From positions 256,307-320,306 of the forward strand of contig CBDAPE010000013.1 of the NCBI GenBank assembly GCA_965198325.1: a stretch of DNA of 64,000 nucleotides. Direction: 5' to 3'. The stretch's first letter is position 1. Every line of letters starts with the position of its first letter. Below the pieces are notes generated by a model that ran no database searches, was not told the DNA's origin, and worked only from the letters and a program-made list of their open reading frames with translations. This DNA comes from Alphaproteobacteria bacterium (GTDB taxonomy: Bacteria > Pseudomonadota > Alphaproteobacteria > UBA828 > JAPUJA01). Shown piece after piece: positions 41,546-51,684 of the stretch. A program made the translations under genes and the position numbers.

Positions 41546-42400
41546 GCGCCTGCCATGCGTCGCCCCGGCAGACGAGCCGGATACCCCGAGTGCCTCGAAC
41601 ATGGTGCCCTGCTCGGACCAGAGCCTGGGCATCGGCGTGCGCATCAGCTGCTCGAGCGTGAGGCCGGGGGGTTGCCGCCCGGCGAGGATGGCGCGTTGCA
41701 GATCCGGTGCAAGAAAGGCGAGTCGTACCAGGCGGCGGAGATAAGGTGATGGGGGAGCGGCCTCGATCACGGGAAGACCGGCGTCGTCGGCTTCCAGCAT
41801 TGTATGGGCTGCCCGCAACGCCTTGATCAGCACCGGGTCCCGTCGCGATACGGGGCTTGTGCTGCCGATTATCCAGCTCCGCCCGCCGCGCAGGCGCAGG
41901 CGCACCGGCAATATCAGCCGGAGCAGTGCGCCATCGGCGGCATCGGGTTCAGCTGTCTCGCCGGGTACCAGCCGCGAGCGCAAGGTTGCAAGCAACGTCA
42001 CCGGCATCAGGAGCTGCAGCGACTGCGCGTGAACCTCGACGCGGACCGGCAGGGCCAGTGGATCGGCGGCGCTCGCCGGTGCGATGCGCCGGATGACCTC
42101 GCTGAGCATGCCTTCGAGCGCCAGCCCGGGAACCCGTGTCAATGGCAGCCGAAAATTGCGCACCTTTGGCAATCGAAAATTACTCACTTCGAGCGTGCCA
42201 CGACGCTTCAGCTGGCGACGTGACTCACGATTGAGCCCTCCGAGCGCTTCAGCCTGGAGCCGCTAGGCCAGCATCAGGCGCAGCAACTCGACCGAGCGCA
42301 GCGGCGGTGGCGCGCCGTAGCGTGTGCGCCACGCGGCGCGGAGCCCCTCGAGGTCGAGGCCCGCGAGAGCCCCGACTTGCTGTGCGGTCGACTCGTTCAC
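41543..42400 (-). pseudogene. DUF2924-like N-terminus with an in-frame TAG (W to stop), fused to a C-terminal segment resembling a rhizobial serine recombinase
   Basis: GTG start overlapping the DUF3489 stop; …LEGLRAAWRTRYGAPPPLRSVELLRLMLA*RLQAEALGGLNRESRRQL… (TAG at 42263-65); C-terminus …RRLVRLAFLAPDLQRAILAGRQPPGLTLEQLMRTPMPRLWSEQ. Confidence 0.5.
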
Positions 42401-42687
42401 TGTGCACCCCCGCTGCGATAGCGGCGGATGCCGTCGATCTTCCCGGAGGTAATCACCAGCCCACGCTGCTTGAGCAATCCGGCAAGCGCACCGCGCACCG
42501 AGTGCGCTTGCCAGCCGGTGGCAGACATCATCTTGGCGATGCTCGCACCATCGCGCTGTGCCAGCAGCGTGGCAAGCTGGTCGAGCCTGGTGGTCGCCGG
42601 GGGCTGGGCGGGCGCGGGCTCCGGGAGTGCCGGGGCCTTGCGCTTGGGACGGTTGGCGGCTTTTGCAGTCCTGGAATCTTTGGTCAT
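42397..42687 (-). CDS. DUF3489 family protein
   Basis: …RLDQLATLLAQRDGASIAKMMSATGWQAHSVRGALAGLLKQRGLVITSGKIDGIRRYR (DUF3489 signature); start MTKDSRTAKA chosen. Confidence 0.7.
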   Translation of the reverse strand: MTKDSRTAKAANRPKRKAPALPEPAPAQPPATTRLDQLATLLAQRDGASIAKMMSATGWQAHSVRGALAGLLKQRGLVITSGKIDGIRRYRSGGAQ

Positions 42688-42896
42688 TTTAGTCTCCTCG
42701 GTTACGTGACGGCCTGGTTGCCGCCGCCACCGCGGAAAGCCCGGGCGGGCCGGGCCTGGACACACTGACGCTCTCTTCGCGCGGCAAGTCCAGTCGAATC
42801 GGCTACTCTTGATGTTCATTATACGTTCTGTTAGACAGATAGGGGGTATTGAATAACGGAGGATTTCTGTCTCATCGTAACCGCCAAGGAGTGGAG

Positions 42897-43271
42897 ATGA
42901 GCCAGAGATCCGGAACCCGGGAATTGTCGTCCGAGCGGCTTGTGAAGAACATCCGCCGGGCGACCCGCAAGCAGTATTCGGCCGAGGAGAAGATCCGCAT
43001 CGTGCTGGATGGCCTGCGTGGTGGGTCCAGCAGTGCCGAGCTGTGCCGTCGCGAGGGGATCGCCGAGAGCCATTATTACAGCTGGTCCAAGGAGTTCCTG
43101 GAAGCCGGCAAGCGCCGGCTGGCGGGCGACACGGCGCGCGCGGCCACGAACAGCGAGGTCGCTGATCTTCGCCGGGAGGCGCGACAGCTGAAGAAAGTCG
43201 CCGCCGGGCAGGCCCTGAAACTGTGGTCGCTTAAAAAAAGCATGATCGCGGATGGGGGAGGCGAGGAATGA
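42897..43271 (+). CDS. IS3-family OrfA
   Basis: MSQRSGTRELSSERLVKNIRRATRKQYSAEEKIRIVL…SWSKEFLEAGKRRL…. Confidence 0.85.
   Translation: MSQRSGTRELSSERLVKNIRRATRKQYSAEEKIRIVLDGLRGGSSSAELCRREGIAESHYYSWSKEFLEAGKRRLAGDTARAATNSEVADLRREARQLKKVAAGQALKLWSLKKSMIADGGGEE
43233..43240 (+). other. programmed -1 ribosomal frameshift slippery site (A AAA AAG) between orfA and orfB
   Basis: AAAAAAAG at the orfA/orfB overlap, standard for IS3 family. Confidence 0.6.
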
Positions 43272-44249
43272 GATACCCGGCCTCCGAGAAACTGGACATC
43301 ATCCGCCTAGTCGAGCACTCCCGTCTGCCGGTGCGCCGGACGCTGGAGAAGCTCGGTATCCTGCCAGCGGGATTTTACCGATGGTACGACCGCTACCAGA
43401 CCGGTGGGCACGAGGCGCTGGAAGACAGATCGCCCAAGTCGAAACAGGTCTGGAACCGCATCCCGGATGATGTTCGGGAGCGGATCGTGGAGATGGCCCT
43501 GGACGAGCCTGAGCTGTCACCACGGGAGCTGGCGACGCACGTTATCGACACGGAAGGCTATTTTGTCTCAGAGGCTTCGGTCTACCGGCTGCTCAAGGTG
43601 CACGACCTGATCACCAACCCAGCCTTCGTTGTGATCAAGGCCGCCGATGGGTTCAAGGACAAGACCGTCAGGCCCAATCAGCCGTGGCAGACAGACTTCA
43701 CCTCCCTCAAGGTCATCGGTTGGGGCTGGTTCTATCTCTCGACCATCCTCGACGACTTCTCGCGCTCTATCATCGCCTGGAAGCTGTGTACGACGATGCG
43801 GACCGAAGACGTCACCGACACGCTGGAACTGGCGCTCAAGGCATCGGGCTGCGATCGGGCGAAGGTCGTCCATAAGCCCCGGCTGTTGTCGGACAATGGA
43901 TCCAGCCATATCTCCGGCGGCTTGGCCGAATGGCTCGATGATCGGAGCATGGAGCATGTCCGTGGCGCACCTTACCATCCCCAGACCCAGGGCAAGATCG
44001 AGCGCTGGCACCAGACGCTGAAGAACCGGGTCCTGCTCGAGAACTATTATCTGCCCGGTGATCTCGAAGCCAAGCCTCGGCGCCTTCGTCGAGCACTACA
44101 ACCACCGGCGCTACCACGAGAGCTTAAATAACCTCACGCCCGCCGATGTCTACTTCGGGCGCGGCCAGACCATCCTGCCGAAAAGAGAAAGGATCAAACG
44201 AAAGATCATCGAGCACCGGCGCTTGCAACACCGCAACGGCGCTGCATAA
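43268..44249 (+). pseudogene. IS3-family OrfB with a 1-nt frameshift near 44060
   Basis: …LENYYLPGDLEAK then a shift to …ISKPSLGAFVEHYNHRRYHESLNNLTPADVYFGRGQTILPKRERIKRKIIEHRRLQHRNGAA*. Confidence 0.7.
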
Positions 44250-44801
44250 AATCAACAACCAGATGAGCCAGAGCCTCCGTCGTTTTAGGCCCCATTCTGT
44301 CTCAAATCATCTGACGACGGACAGCCACGGCATCGCACCGGTCCCGCGCGACCATCCGGCTTATCCATTCATGTTCGATCGGGACGGTGATGGTACGGTC
44401 TGCGAATAGCCTGTCCCAGTCAACCCGAAGCGATATGCATGCGGACAGGGCGAACCTCCTTCGCCAGTCTTGAATCACAACCATCTTCAAAAGGGAATCC
44501 CTTGCGAGTCAGATTTTGCCGCCGTTGGTGTAATTGCCGTATGGCGTAGGAAATTATCTGTTGCCGCGAGGAAGCGATCGGGGATTGCGGTCGGCGCGCA
44601 TCGGGAGCCGGAGCCCGCGCGGAGAGTGAGCACAAGAGACGGTCACTTCGACAAACTGAATTCGTTCGTGTTAGATATCGGCGTCGGCACATTGCAGTGT
44701 TCAATGCTCGGACAGACGGCGAACCGCGGGGACCATGTTAAATTCTATTAATAATTATATAATCCCTATAATTTCCAATTTTTAGATATGCCCTAAATCA
44801 C

Positions 44802-45539
44802 ATGATAAGAGTCGTGTTTCTGGCCTGGGCGACAATCGCGCACCTGCTTCTCTTGGCAAGCGCCGCAGGCGCTCAATCGATCGAAGTGGCACGCGCCGCC
44901 TACGCCGAAGGTCGATTCATCGAGGCCGCCGACCTCGCCGAAGCCCTCGGGACCTCTGAAGGATATGGACTCGCGGCCCAATCGCTAACGATACAAAGCT
45001 ACTACATTGCCGAAGACGACGTGAAGCAGGCTTTGTTCGATCACGCCTTGCTGTTGGCGCAAGAGGCGGTCCGAGCCGACGTGACCAATCCGGAAGCCCA
45101 CCTCCAGTTGTCCCGTGTTATGGGACGATACGCACAGACAATCGGAGTATTGGAAGCGGCAGGGTATGCGGAGAAGGTGAGCGAAGCTATCGACACTACG
45201 CTTCGGCTGGATCCGGCAATGGCAGCCGCTCATTTGAGCTTGGCCATGTGGCACGCGGAAGTCGTCGGCAGGGTCGGGCGGCTCATGGCTAATATGCTTT
45301 ATGGCGCCACCGAAGAGGACGCTCTTGCTTGCTACGAGCGGGCCCTCAAGCTTGCGCCCAATGAGAAAGTGGTGCATTTGGAATATGCGCTCGGCCTATT
45401 GCTACTAGATGACGACGAGAACCGCGAACAAGCGCGTGACTTACTCGCGCGCGCGACTGAAATGCCGTCGAAGGACGCTTTCGACTATATCATTCACCAG
45501 AGGGCGGTCGAGCGCTTGGCGATACTTGACAGTCAATAA
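44802..45539 (+). CDS. secreted TPR-like repeat protein, hypothetical; lower-GC gene with AT-rich upstream region
   Basis: Signal peptide MIRVVFLAWATIAHLLLLASAAGAQS; helical-repeat-like composition; upstream 44700-44800 strongly AT-rich. Confidence 0.5.
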   Translation: MIRVVFLAWATIAHLLLLASAAGAQSIEVARAAYAEGRFIEAADLAEALGTSEGYGLAAQSLTIQSYYIAEDDVKQALFDHALLLAQEAVRADVTNPEAHLQLSRVMGRYAQTIGVLEAAGYAEKVSEAIDTTLRLDPAMAAAHLSLAMWHAEVVGRVGRLMANMLYGATEEDALACYERALKLAPNEKVVHLEYALGLLLLDDDENREQARDLLARATEMPSKDAFDYIIHQRAVERLAILDSQ

Positions 45540-45574
45540 CGAGGGTAACGCCCAACCAAGCCCATCCAGTGGGC

Positions 45575-46086
45575 TCAACAAGATGCTCGTCCTCGAGCTC
45601 GCCCGCGGCGAATACATCGCGCGCCGGGAGACCGTGGTCCTGCTCGGCCCAAGTGGCGTCGGCAAGACCCACATCGCTCTCGCCCTCGGCCTCGCCGCCT
45701 GCCAGAAGGGCCTCGGCGTCCGCTTCACCACCGCCTCCCATCTGGTCCATGAGCTGATCGAGGCGCGCGACGAGAAGAGACTGCTCCGCCTCCAGGCCCA
45801 GCTCGCCAGGGTCAGTCTTCCGATCGTCGACGAGCTCGGCTACGTCCCGCTGTCACAGACAGGCAGCGAGCTGCTGTTCGACGTCTTCAGCCAGCGCTAC
45901 GAAAACGGTGCCACCATCGTCACCTCCAACCTGCCCTTCCAGGAATGGACCTCTGTCTTCGCCAGCGAGCGCCTCACCGGTGCCCTGCTCGACCGCATCA
46001 CCCATTACGTCCACATCCTGGAGATGAACGCCGAGAGCTACCGGCTCAAGCAGAGCCGCTCCCGACGCCAGCGTTCCTCCGAGTAA
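45575..46086 (+). pseudogene. IstB (IS21-family helper ATPase) C-terminal two-thirds, from a divergent IS21 member
   Basis: …LLGPSGVGKTHIALALGLAACQKGLGVRFTTASHLVHELIEA…VDELGYVPL…TSNLPFQEWTSVFASERLTGALLDR…; IS21-like terminal region continues to about 46170. Confidence 0.7.
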
Positions 46087-46917
46087 TCGCACCTCCCCGC
46101 TTGACCCCGTGGGCCCACAGGCCCCTCCCGCGCGTGGGCCGACGCCAGCCGCGCGCAGCGCGCATCGCCCCGCGCACGGGTCCCTCCTGTGGGCTTTTAT
46201 GCGGCAACGGAAGTCAAGGTGCGGTGCGAGCTACGTCTTGAGTATGTCTTGTCTCCTTTGGTTGGCCAGATCGGCGGCGCGTCTCGCCGGGTCGGAACGC
46301 TTCTCGCATCGGTCGCACGAACGTGCGGATGCCCAACTTTTATCCGGGCGGTTTTCGGCGCCGGTGCGCCGGATCCGTCTCCAAATCCCGCTTGCTGCGG
46401 GCACAACGTTCTGGAGGCGGGACCCTTCTACGGGTCGGCGTCTTTCAGCCCTGTCCATGGTCAGTCACTCGCCACCCGGACCAGCCCTTGCCGCTTCCGG
46501 CCGGACTAGCTAGAGCAGTGCGGTCTCTGGATCATGCGAGCCTGGCGCCCGTCGAGATGAGACCGGTCTCGGAGAACCGCCACAGCGCGATGAGCAGCTT
46601 GCGGGCAAGTGCCACAATCATGACCCGGCGGATACCTCCCCTGGCCCCGGCAGGACGCTCTTCGAACCATTTGCAAAGCGCACTCTCGGGCTGATGGCGC
46701 AACCAGCGCCACGCCATTTGAACGAGTAGCGCCCGAACCCAGGCAGGGCCGTCACGGCCGATCCCCTGGTCCCGTTCCGTGGCGCTGCTCGCCTAGGGGG
46801 TTGGCATCATCCCGACCCAGTTCGCGATCTCCCGGCGGTTGCGGAACCCGCGGTAGAAGATCTCGTGCGTCAGCAGGGTTGCGTCATTCGCGCCGATCCC
46901 CTTCGGTCGGGTCAGCG

Positions 46918-48259
46918 GGGTGTGTCCGATTGTCTGTGTAAGTGACGCCGTGGGCGACATTGTTTCCGGCCTCAGCGCGCTGAGGCCGGAAAGCGATCCT
47001 CGAACAGGATCGCAAACTGCCCCATTGCGGCGGTCCATTCAATAGGCCGTTTCCAGCCGACACCGGCATTGCGGATCGCCAGGAACAACAGCTTGACCGC
47101 CGCCTCGTCGTTGGGGAAGCTACCGCGTGTCTTGATGATCTTGCGCAAAGATCGGTGCAGGCTCTCCAGCGCGTTGGTGGTGTAGATCATCTTGCGGATC
47201 GCCGGCGGGAACGCGAACATCGGCACCACCTGCTCCCAGGCGCGGCGCCAGCTGGGCGCGATCGCCGGATAGCGCTCGCCCCATTTGGCCTCGAACTCGT
47301 CGAGCTTGGCCGCCGCGGTCTCGGCGGTTTCGGCGCGGTAGATCGCCTTGATATCGGGCATGATCCTCTTTCGGTCCTTCCACGACACGAACGCCAGCGA
47401 ACTGCGGATCAGATGCACGATGCAGGTCTGCACCGTGGTCTCGGGGAACACCGTTGTTATCGCCTCGGGGAAGCCCTTGAGGCCGTCGACCACGGCGATC
47501 AGGATGTCAGCGACGCCGCGGGTCTTGAGGTCGTTCATCACCTTGAGCCAGAACTTGGCGCCTTCGGTCTGCTCGATCCACAGCCCGAGAACCTCCTTCT
47601 CGCCTTCAGCGGTGAGGGCCAGTGCAACGTAGACTGCTTTGTTGCGCACCAGGCCTTCGTCGCGGATCTTGACCCGCAGCGCGTCAAAGAACACCACCGG
47701 ATAGACCGCATCGAGCGGTCGGTTCTGCCATTCGCGGACCTCCTCGAGTACCGCGTCGGTGACCCGGCTGATCAGGTCCGGCGAAACCGCGACCCCGTAA
47801 AGCTCCTGCAGATGGCCACGTATCTCGCGCACCGTCATGCCGCGGGCATACAGCGACACGATGCGATCGTCGAAGCCCTCGAGACGGCGTTCGCCCTTGG
47901 GCACGATCAGCGGGTCGAACGTGCCGGTGCGGTCGCGCGGCACGGCGATATCGATCTCGCCATCCTCGCTCAGCACCGTCTTGTCCGAGTAGCCGTTGCG
48001 GCTGTTACCCGTGCCGCGACCGGCCGGGTCACCCTTCTCGTAGCCCAGGTGATCGCTCAGCTCGGCGTCAAGCGCCCGCTCCAAGAGCACCGCCTTGAGC
48101 TGCTTGAACAGCCCGTCTTCGCCCAGCAGGTCATCCGGCTTCTCGTAATCGGCCAGAAGTTCGTCCAGAAGTTCAGGTCTGATAGTCCTCATCGTAGGTC
48201 CTCCCATACTAAATATTGGACCCACGGCACTCATTTACACAAGATATCTGACACTCTCG
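46918..48259 (-). mobile_element. IS256-family element, copy C (nested in the IS110 element)
   Basis: Identical to copies A and B; 8-bp target site duplication GGTCAGCG (46910-17 and 48260-67). Confidence 0.9.
46972..48234 (-). CDS. IS256-family transposase
   Basis: Identical 420-aa protein. Confidence 0.9.
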   Translation of the reverse strand: MSAVGPIFSMGGPTMRTIRPELLDELLADYEKPDDLLGEDGLFKQLKAVLLERALDAELSDHLGYEKGDPAGRGTGNSRNGYSDKTVLSEDGEIDIAVPRDRTGTFDPLIVPKGERRLEGFDDRIVSLYARGMTVREIRGHLQELYGVAVSPDLISRVTDAVLEEVREWQNRPLDAVYPVVFFDALRVKIRDEGLVRNKAVYVALALTAEGEKEVLGLWIEQTEGAKFWLKVMNDLKTRGVADILIAVVDGLKGFPEAITTVFPETTVQTCIVHLIRSSLAFVSWKDRKRIMPDIKAIYRAETAETAAAKLDEFEAKWGERYPAIAPSWRRAWEQVVPMFAFPPAIRKMIYTTNALESLHRSLRKIIKTRGSFPNDEAAVKLLFLAIRNAGVGWKRPIEWTAAMGQFAILFEDRFPASAR

Positions 48260-49150
48260 GTCAGCGTTGCGATCTTCACCGCCGCTTGTGTGTCGCTGCC
48301 CTCGGGAGCAGCCGCGATCGAGAGCTTCGCTCCTGACCGCACTACACCGCCGCGCTCGGCCTCGACCTGCGCGATCTGCCATTCCACAAGTGCAAGCCGC
48401 TCCGCAAGCCGCAGGATCTCGCGCCGGGCCTGCGGCTGGAACGGCTCTCCGTAGCCGGTGGTCACCTCGGCGAACTTCGCCTCGGACCTCTTGGTGCGAG
48501 GCTCCAGTTGGAAGACACCGTACAGCTTCAGCAACCCTTTGATCGAGTTGGTCAGCGATGTTCGCTCCTTCACCAGACGCCGGCGCTCGCGAAGCGGTCG
48601 CTTGCGGTCCTCTTCTTCCACGCTCGGCACCCGTGCGCGGCTCAGCACAGCTGCATCGCCGCGCTCGTGCGCCAGCAGCGCACGCACCATCTTCTTCACG
48701 TCGATCCGGTCCGTCTTGCGCTGCTTCGCCTTCCGGTTCACCAGAAAGCTCACAGGGCCCAGCACGACCGTCTCGACAGACAGGATCCGGTCCAGCCAGC
48801 GCGCCAGCCAGAACCCTTCATAGCCGGCTTCATAGCAGCACAGAACGCGGACTTCCCGGTCGAGACCCCGTTCGGCCTTCACCCGCTGACACTCAATCAA
48901 ATCCCTGAGGCCTTCCACATCCGCGCTGCCAAGCGAGTGCAGTTCGATGCGCTCGCTCGTCGGCCCCTTGATTCCGACTACCCAACTCTTCCCGCTGATC
49001 TCGATCGCGACATACAGCGTGCCATATTCCGCACCAGCCGGCGCGGCGGTCTCCTTCCTCGAAAGCATTTGATGTCTTCTGGTGAAGCTTCGAAATACCA
49101 GGACCGTAACACCGGCCCCGATTCGGCCTCATAGGATCTACGGGGACAAG

Positions 49151-49532
49151 TTACCACCGAGCCAGTGGTACAATTTTACGCCGCCGCGCCAGTACATAGT
49201 CGCTCCGCCGTTGACAATCGATGATGCCCGTGAATGCGTCCAGCTTCGGACGCCTCCGTGGCCTGCTCCGGCGATATCCAGGCGGCATCGAGAACGCCAA
49301 CATCTTGCGCACCGTCTTGCGGTCCAGCCCGAGCACCCGCGACGCCTCGCGGGTGCTCATCCCCTCGACACGGCACGCCCGCCGGACCCGCGCATACAAC
49401 TCCACCCGATACATTCCCCCGCCTTCCAGTCAGAGCAACCCTGATAGAAGGCTATACGCGGTCCCATTTTGGTCCGCCGCAACCGCATCGACCGGCCGCT
49501 TCAATGGGGGATTATTGCTCCGCCGTTCTCAT
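49151..49532 (-). mobile_element. IS21-like left-end fragment: IstA N-terminal 87 aa plus terminal region
   Basis: MYRVELYARVRRACRVEGMSTREASRVLGLDRKTVRKML… (about 85% identity to istA of copy 1) and a terminus …GGGGGATTATTGCTCCGCCGTTCTCAT matching 8280-8306. Confidence 0.65.
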
Positions 49533-49603
49533 GAGCACCCAGTTGCGGGAGTCGGGGTAGAACAACTCACTAGATCGATCTAAAATAGTCCCAGAAGTTC
49601 CGT

Positions 49604-50863
49604 CTAGAAGTTGTAGATCAGGTTCAGCTCGACGAAGCCGTCGCGGCGGGTCCAATGAGCGGCATCTGCCTTGTCGATATCGAGAAAAGCGGCCGCCTCT
49701 AGGTGCAGGGACCACTGGTCCGAGAGACGCCTGTTCAATTCGGCATTAAGGGAGCGTGTGCCGACGTCCGCATCCTCCAGCGTCCCGACAATGAATTCTG
49801 TGCCCTCGACATCGTTGAGCGTGAGGCGGGCAGCGAGGAAGAGGTCGTTCTGAAAGATATTGGTCGCACGCAGGCCGCGTCCGTCGCGGTTCCATTCGCC
49901 GAGCAGGCCGAGATCAGCGGCCGATTCGAACACGGAATAGAGCGTGTACTCGCCGCCCGCGACGAACGCCGTGTAGTCCTCTTCTATATCGCGGGCGTTC
50001 CGGGCGCCTGTGCGCCGGATGGCCTCGAGCTTCAGCAGCCAGGCGCCGTAGGTCATCTGGGCATCCAGCCCGACCTGGCGGATCTGCTCGTAATAGGGAA
50101 TCAGGATCGGCGCACCAGCGCGATCCTTAACAAGCTGCAGAGCCGGCTCCCGGCCGGTGCCGCCGAAGACGCTCACGCCGATATCGAAGGGTCCGACGCT
50201 ATGGCTGTATCGGGCGGCGAGGTCCAGATGCCATTCCTTGGCGGCGCTTTCGTAGCGGGCGAGGTCGCTGTCCACGACGAGGGGGGTTCGCAGGCGGCCG
50301 TGACGGCCGGGATGGGTGCGGAGCCGGTGGTAGGGGAGTGCGAACAGTTCCGCCGCGCCCCACTCGCCGGACCATGTGACATGGGCCATGGGCTGGCCCA
50401 GCTTGGCCTCCTCGTTCGGGTGCTCGACGAGGTCGGTCTGGTTGACGATATCGACCAGGTGGCGCGATTCCGCGACCCCCCAGAAGATGCGGTCGATGCC
50501 GAGACGCAGCTCCCACTCGCCATCGCCGGCCTCGCCGAAGAGCAGGAGGTAGGCTTCGCGCAGGTCGGCGTGGGTGCGGTGCTCATCGGCGCCGTCGTAG
50601 CGATAGAAGGCCTCGAAGGTGAGGCTACGGCCCTCGGAGTCCTCCAGATAGAGCCTCGGCGCCGCAACGACGCCGCTGCCGTGGTCACGTTGGTCGGCGT
50701 GGGCAGCGGAGTGCGGATACCAGCGGCCGTCCACGCTCACGCGCCCGGAAAACTCTTGGTAGTTGATCCAGGTTCCGGCGCATGCGTCGGCTGCAAGGAC
50801 CGAGGCCGCGATGCAGGCAGCGCCGAGAGCAGCGTGGGGGAGAGAGACTCGGAAGAGCATCAA
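49604..50863 (-). CDS. outer-membrane beta-barrel protein (ends …NLIYNF), partner of the RND/MMPL exporter
   Basis: Signal peptide; alternating beta-strand pattern; C-terminal aromatic residue; 4-bp overlap with the upstream gene. Confidence 0.6.
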   Translation of the reverse strand: MMLFRVSLPHAALGAACIAASVLAADACAGTWINYQEFSGRVSVDGRWYPHSAAHADQRDHGSGVVAAPRLYLEDSEGRSLTFEAFYRYDGADEHRTHADLREAYLLLFGEAGDGEWELRLGIDRIFWGVAESRHLVDIVNQTDLVEHPNEEAKLGQPMAHVTWSGEWGAAELFALPYHRLRTHPGRHGRLRTPLVVDSDLARYESAAKEWHLDLAARYSHSVGPFDIGVSVFGGTGREPALQLVKDRAGAPILIPYYEQIRQVGLDAQMTYGAWLLKLEAIRRTGARNARDIEEDYTAFVAGGEYTLYSVFESAADLGLLGEWNRDGRGLRATNIFQNDLFLAARLTLNDVEGTEFIVGTLEDADVGTRSLNAELNRRLSDQWSLHLEAAAFLDIDKADAAHWTRRDGFVELNLIYNF

Positions 50864-51684
50864 CGCACTCGTTTCAGCCCAGTCCGAGTGAAGTCGCGCT
50901 CATCGAGATCGGTTCCGAACTGAAAATCCGTCCAGCTCATGACGGTGCTCTTCCCGGTGAGATGATTGACCATCGTCATCTCACCGGCGCGCCAGTAACG
51001 ATCCAGATAGCGTTCGTAGCTCCCGAACGTCAGAGTCTTCAGATGCGCGCCCTTGCGGTCGTAATACTCCACTTTCCAGACGCGAAGCTCGTCCCGGTCG
51101 TGCCAGACCAGTTGGCGGCTGTAGCCCGATCCCTTCCCGATCGGGACACGTTCGGAGACTGTGCATGTCAGATCGCTACACGGCTCGTCGCGCAGATATC
51201 GGTGCGTGAACTTCTCGACCTCCTGGGCGCTCATGTCCTCGTAGGCGAACTCGCTACCCATGAAGGAGCCTGAACGGTTCGACGAGCTGATGCGCTTGAC
51301 CCGCTTCAGAGCGGGCAGATAGAGCCACTGCTCGTCCTCGTCGTCCCGGTGGGCATGAATGAGAAACGCGGTTCCCTTGACGTCGTGTGGCTCGTCGAAC
51401 ACGAAGATGCTCTTATTGCCGTCTTCGACGACCTCGAGAACCTTGAGGCGGAGCTGGCGCCGACTCTCTTGCCCCTGCCTGTTGCGCAGCACCATGGTCT
51501 GCCGGGCCGTGAAATTGCCGAAACCCTCCTCGCGCGCACGGGCATCGTGCGCAATCTCCAGCCCGATTTCCTCCGGAGTGCCGTTGTCGGCGCGCGCGGG
51601 TTGACGCGCCTCCAGACAAGCCAAGAGGGCCAGACCAGACAGAAGAAACAGGAGCGTCCAACGGGTGAGATAGGCGTGTGGCAT
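50860..51684 (-). CDS. LolA-like outer-membrane lipoprotein-sorting family protein
   Basis: Signal peptide; typical partner of MMPL-type exporters; overlaps the RND gene stop. Confidence 0.55.
   Translation of the reverse strand: MPHAYLTRWTLLFLLSGLALLACLEARQPARADNGTPEEIGLEIAHDARAREEGFGNFTARQTMVLRNRQGQESRRQLRLKVLEVVEDGNKSIFVFDEPHDVKGTAFLIHAHRDDEDEQWLYLPALKRVKRISSSNRSGSFMGSEFAYEDMSAQEVEKFTHRYLRDEPCSDLTCTVSERVPIGKGSGYSRQLVWHDRDELRVWKVEYYDRKGAHLKTLTFGSYERYLDRYWRAGEMTMVNHLTGKSTVMSWTDFQFGTDLDERDFTRTGLKRVR

Larger units (their letters stand above)
42831..44304 (+). mobile_element. IS3-family element (IS407-like), structurally complete but orfB carries a late frameshift
   Basis: Ends TTAGACAGAT… / …TCTGTCTCA (inverted); orfA 42897..43271; A7G slippery site; orfB 43268..44131 continues in another frame to 44249. 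Confidence 0.8.
46520..49080 (-). mobile_element. IS110-family element interrupted by IS256 copy C (boundaries approximate)
   Basis: Transposase N-part 48261..49068 (…YVAIEISGKSWVVGIK…), C-part 46532..46917 (…EIANWVGMMPTP…MAWRWLRHQPESALCKWFEER…). Confidence 0.7.

Noticed and set aside
45409-45574. N-terminal part of ORF 45409..46086 overlapping the TPR-like gene
   Set aside because: Homology to IstB begins only at about 45575. The upstream part is out-of-context read-through.
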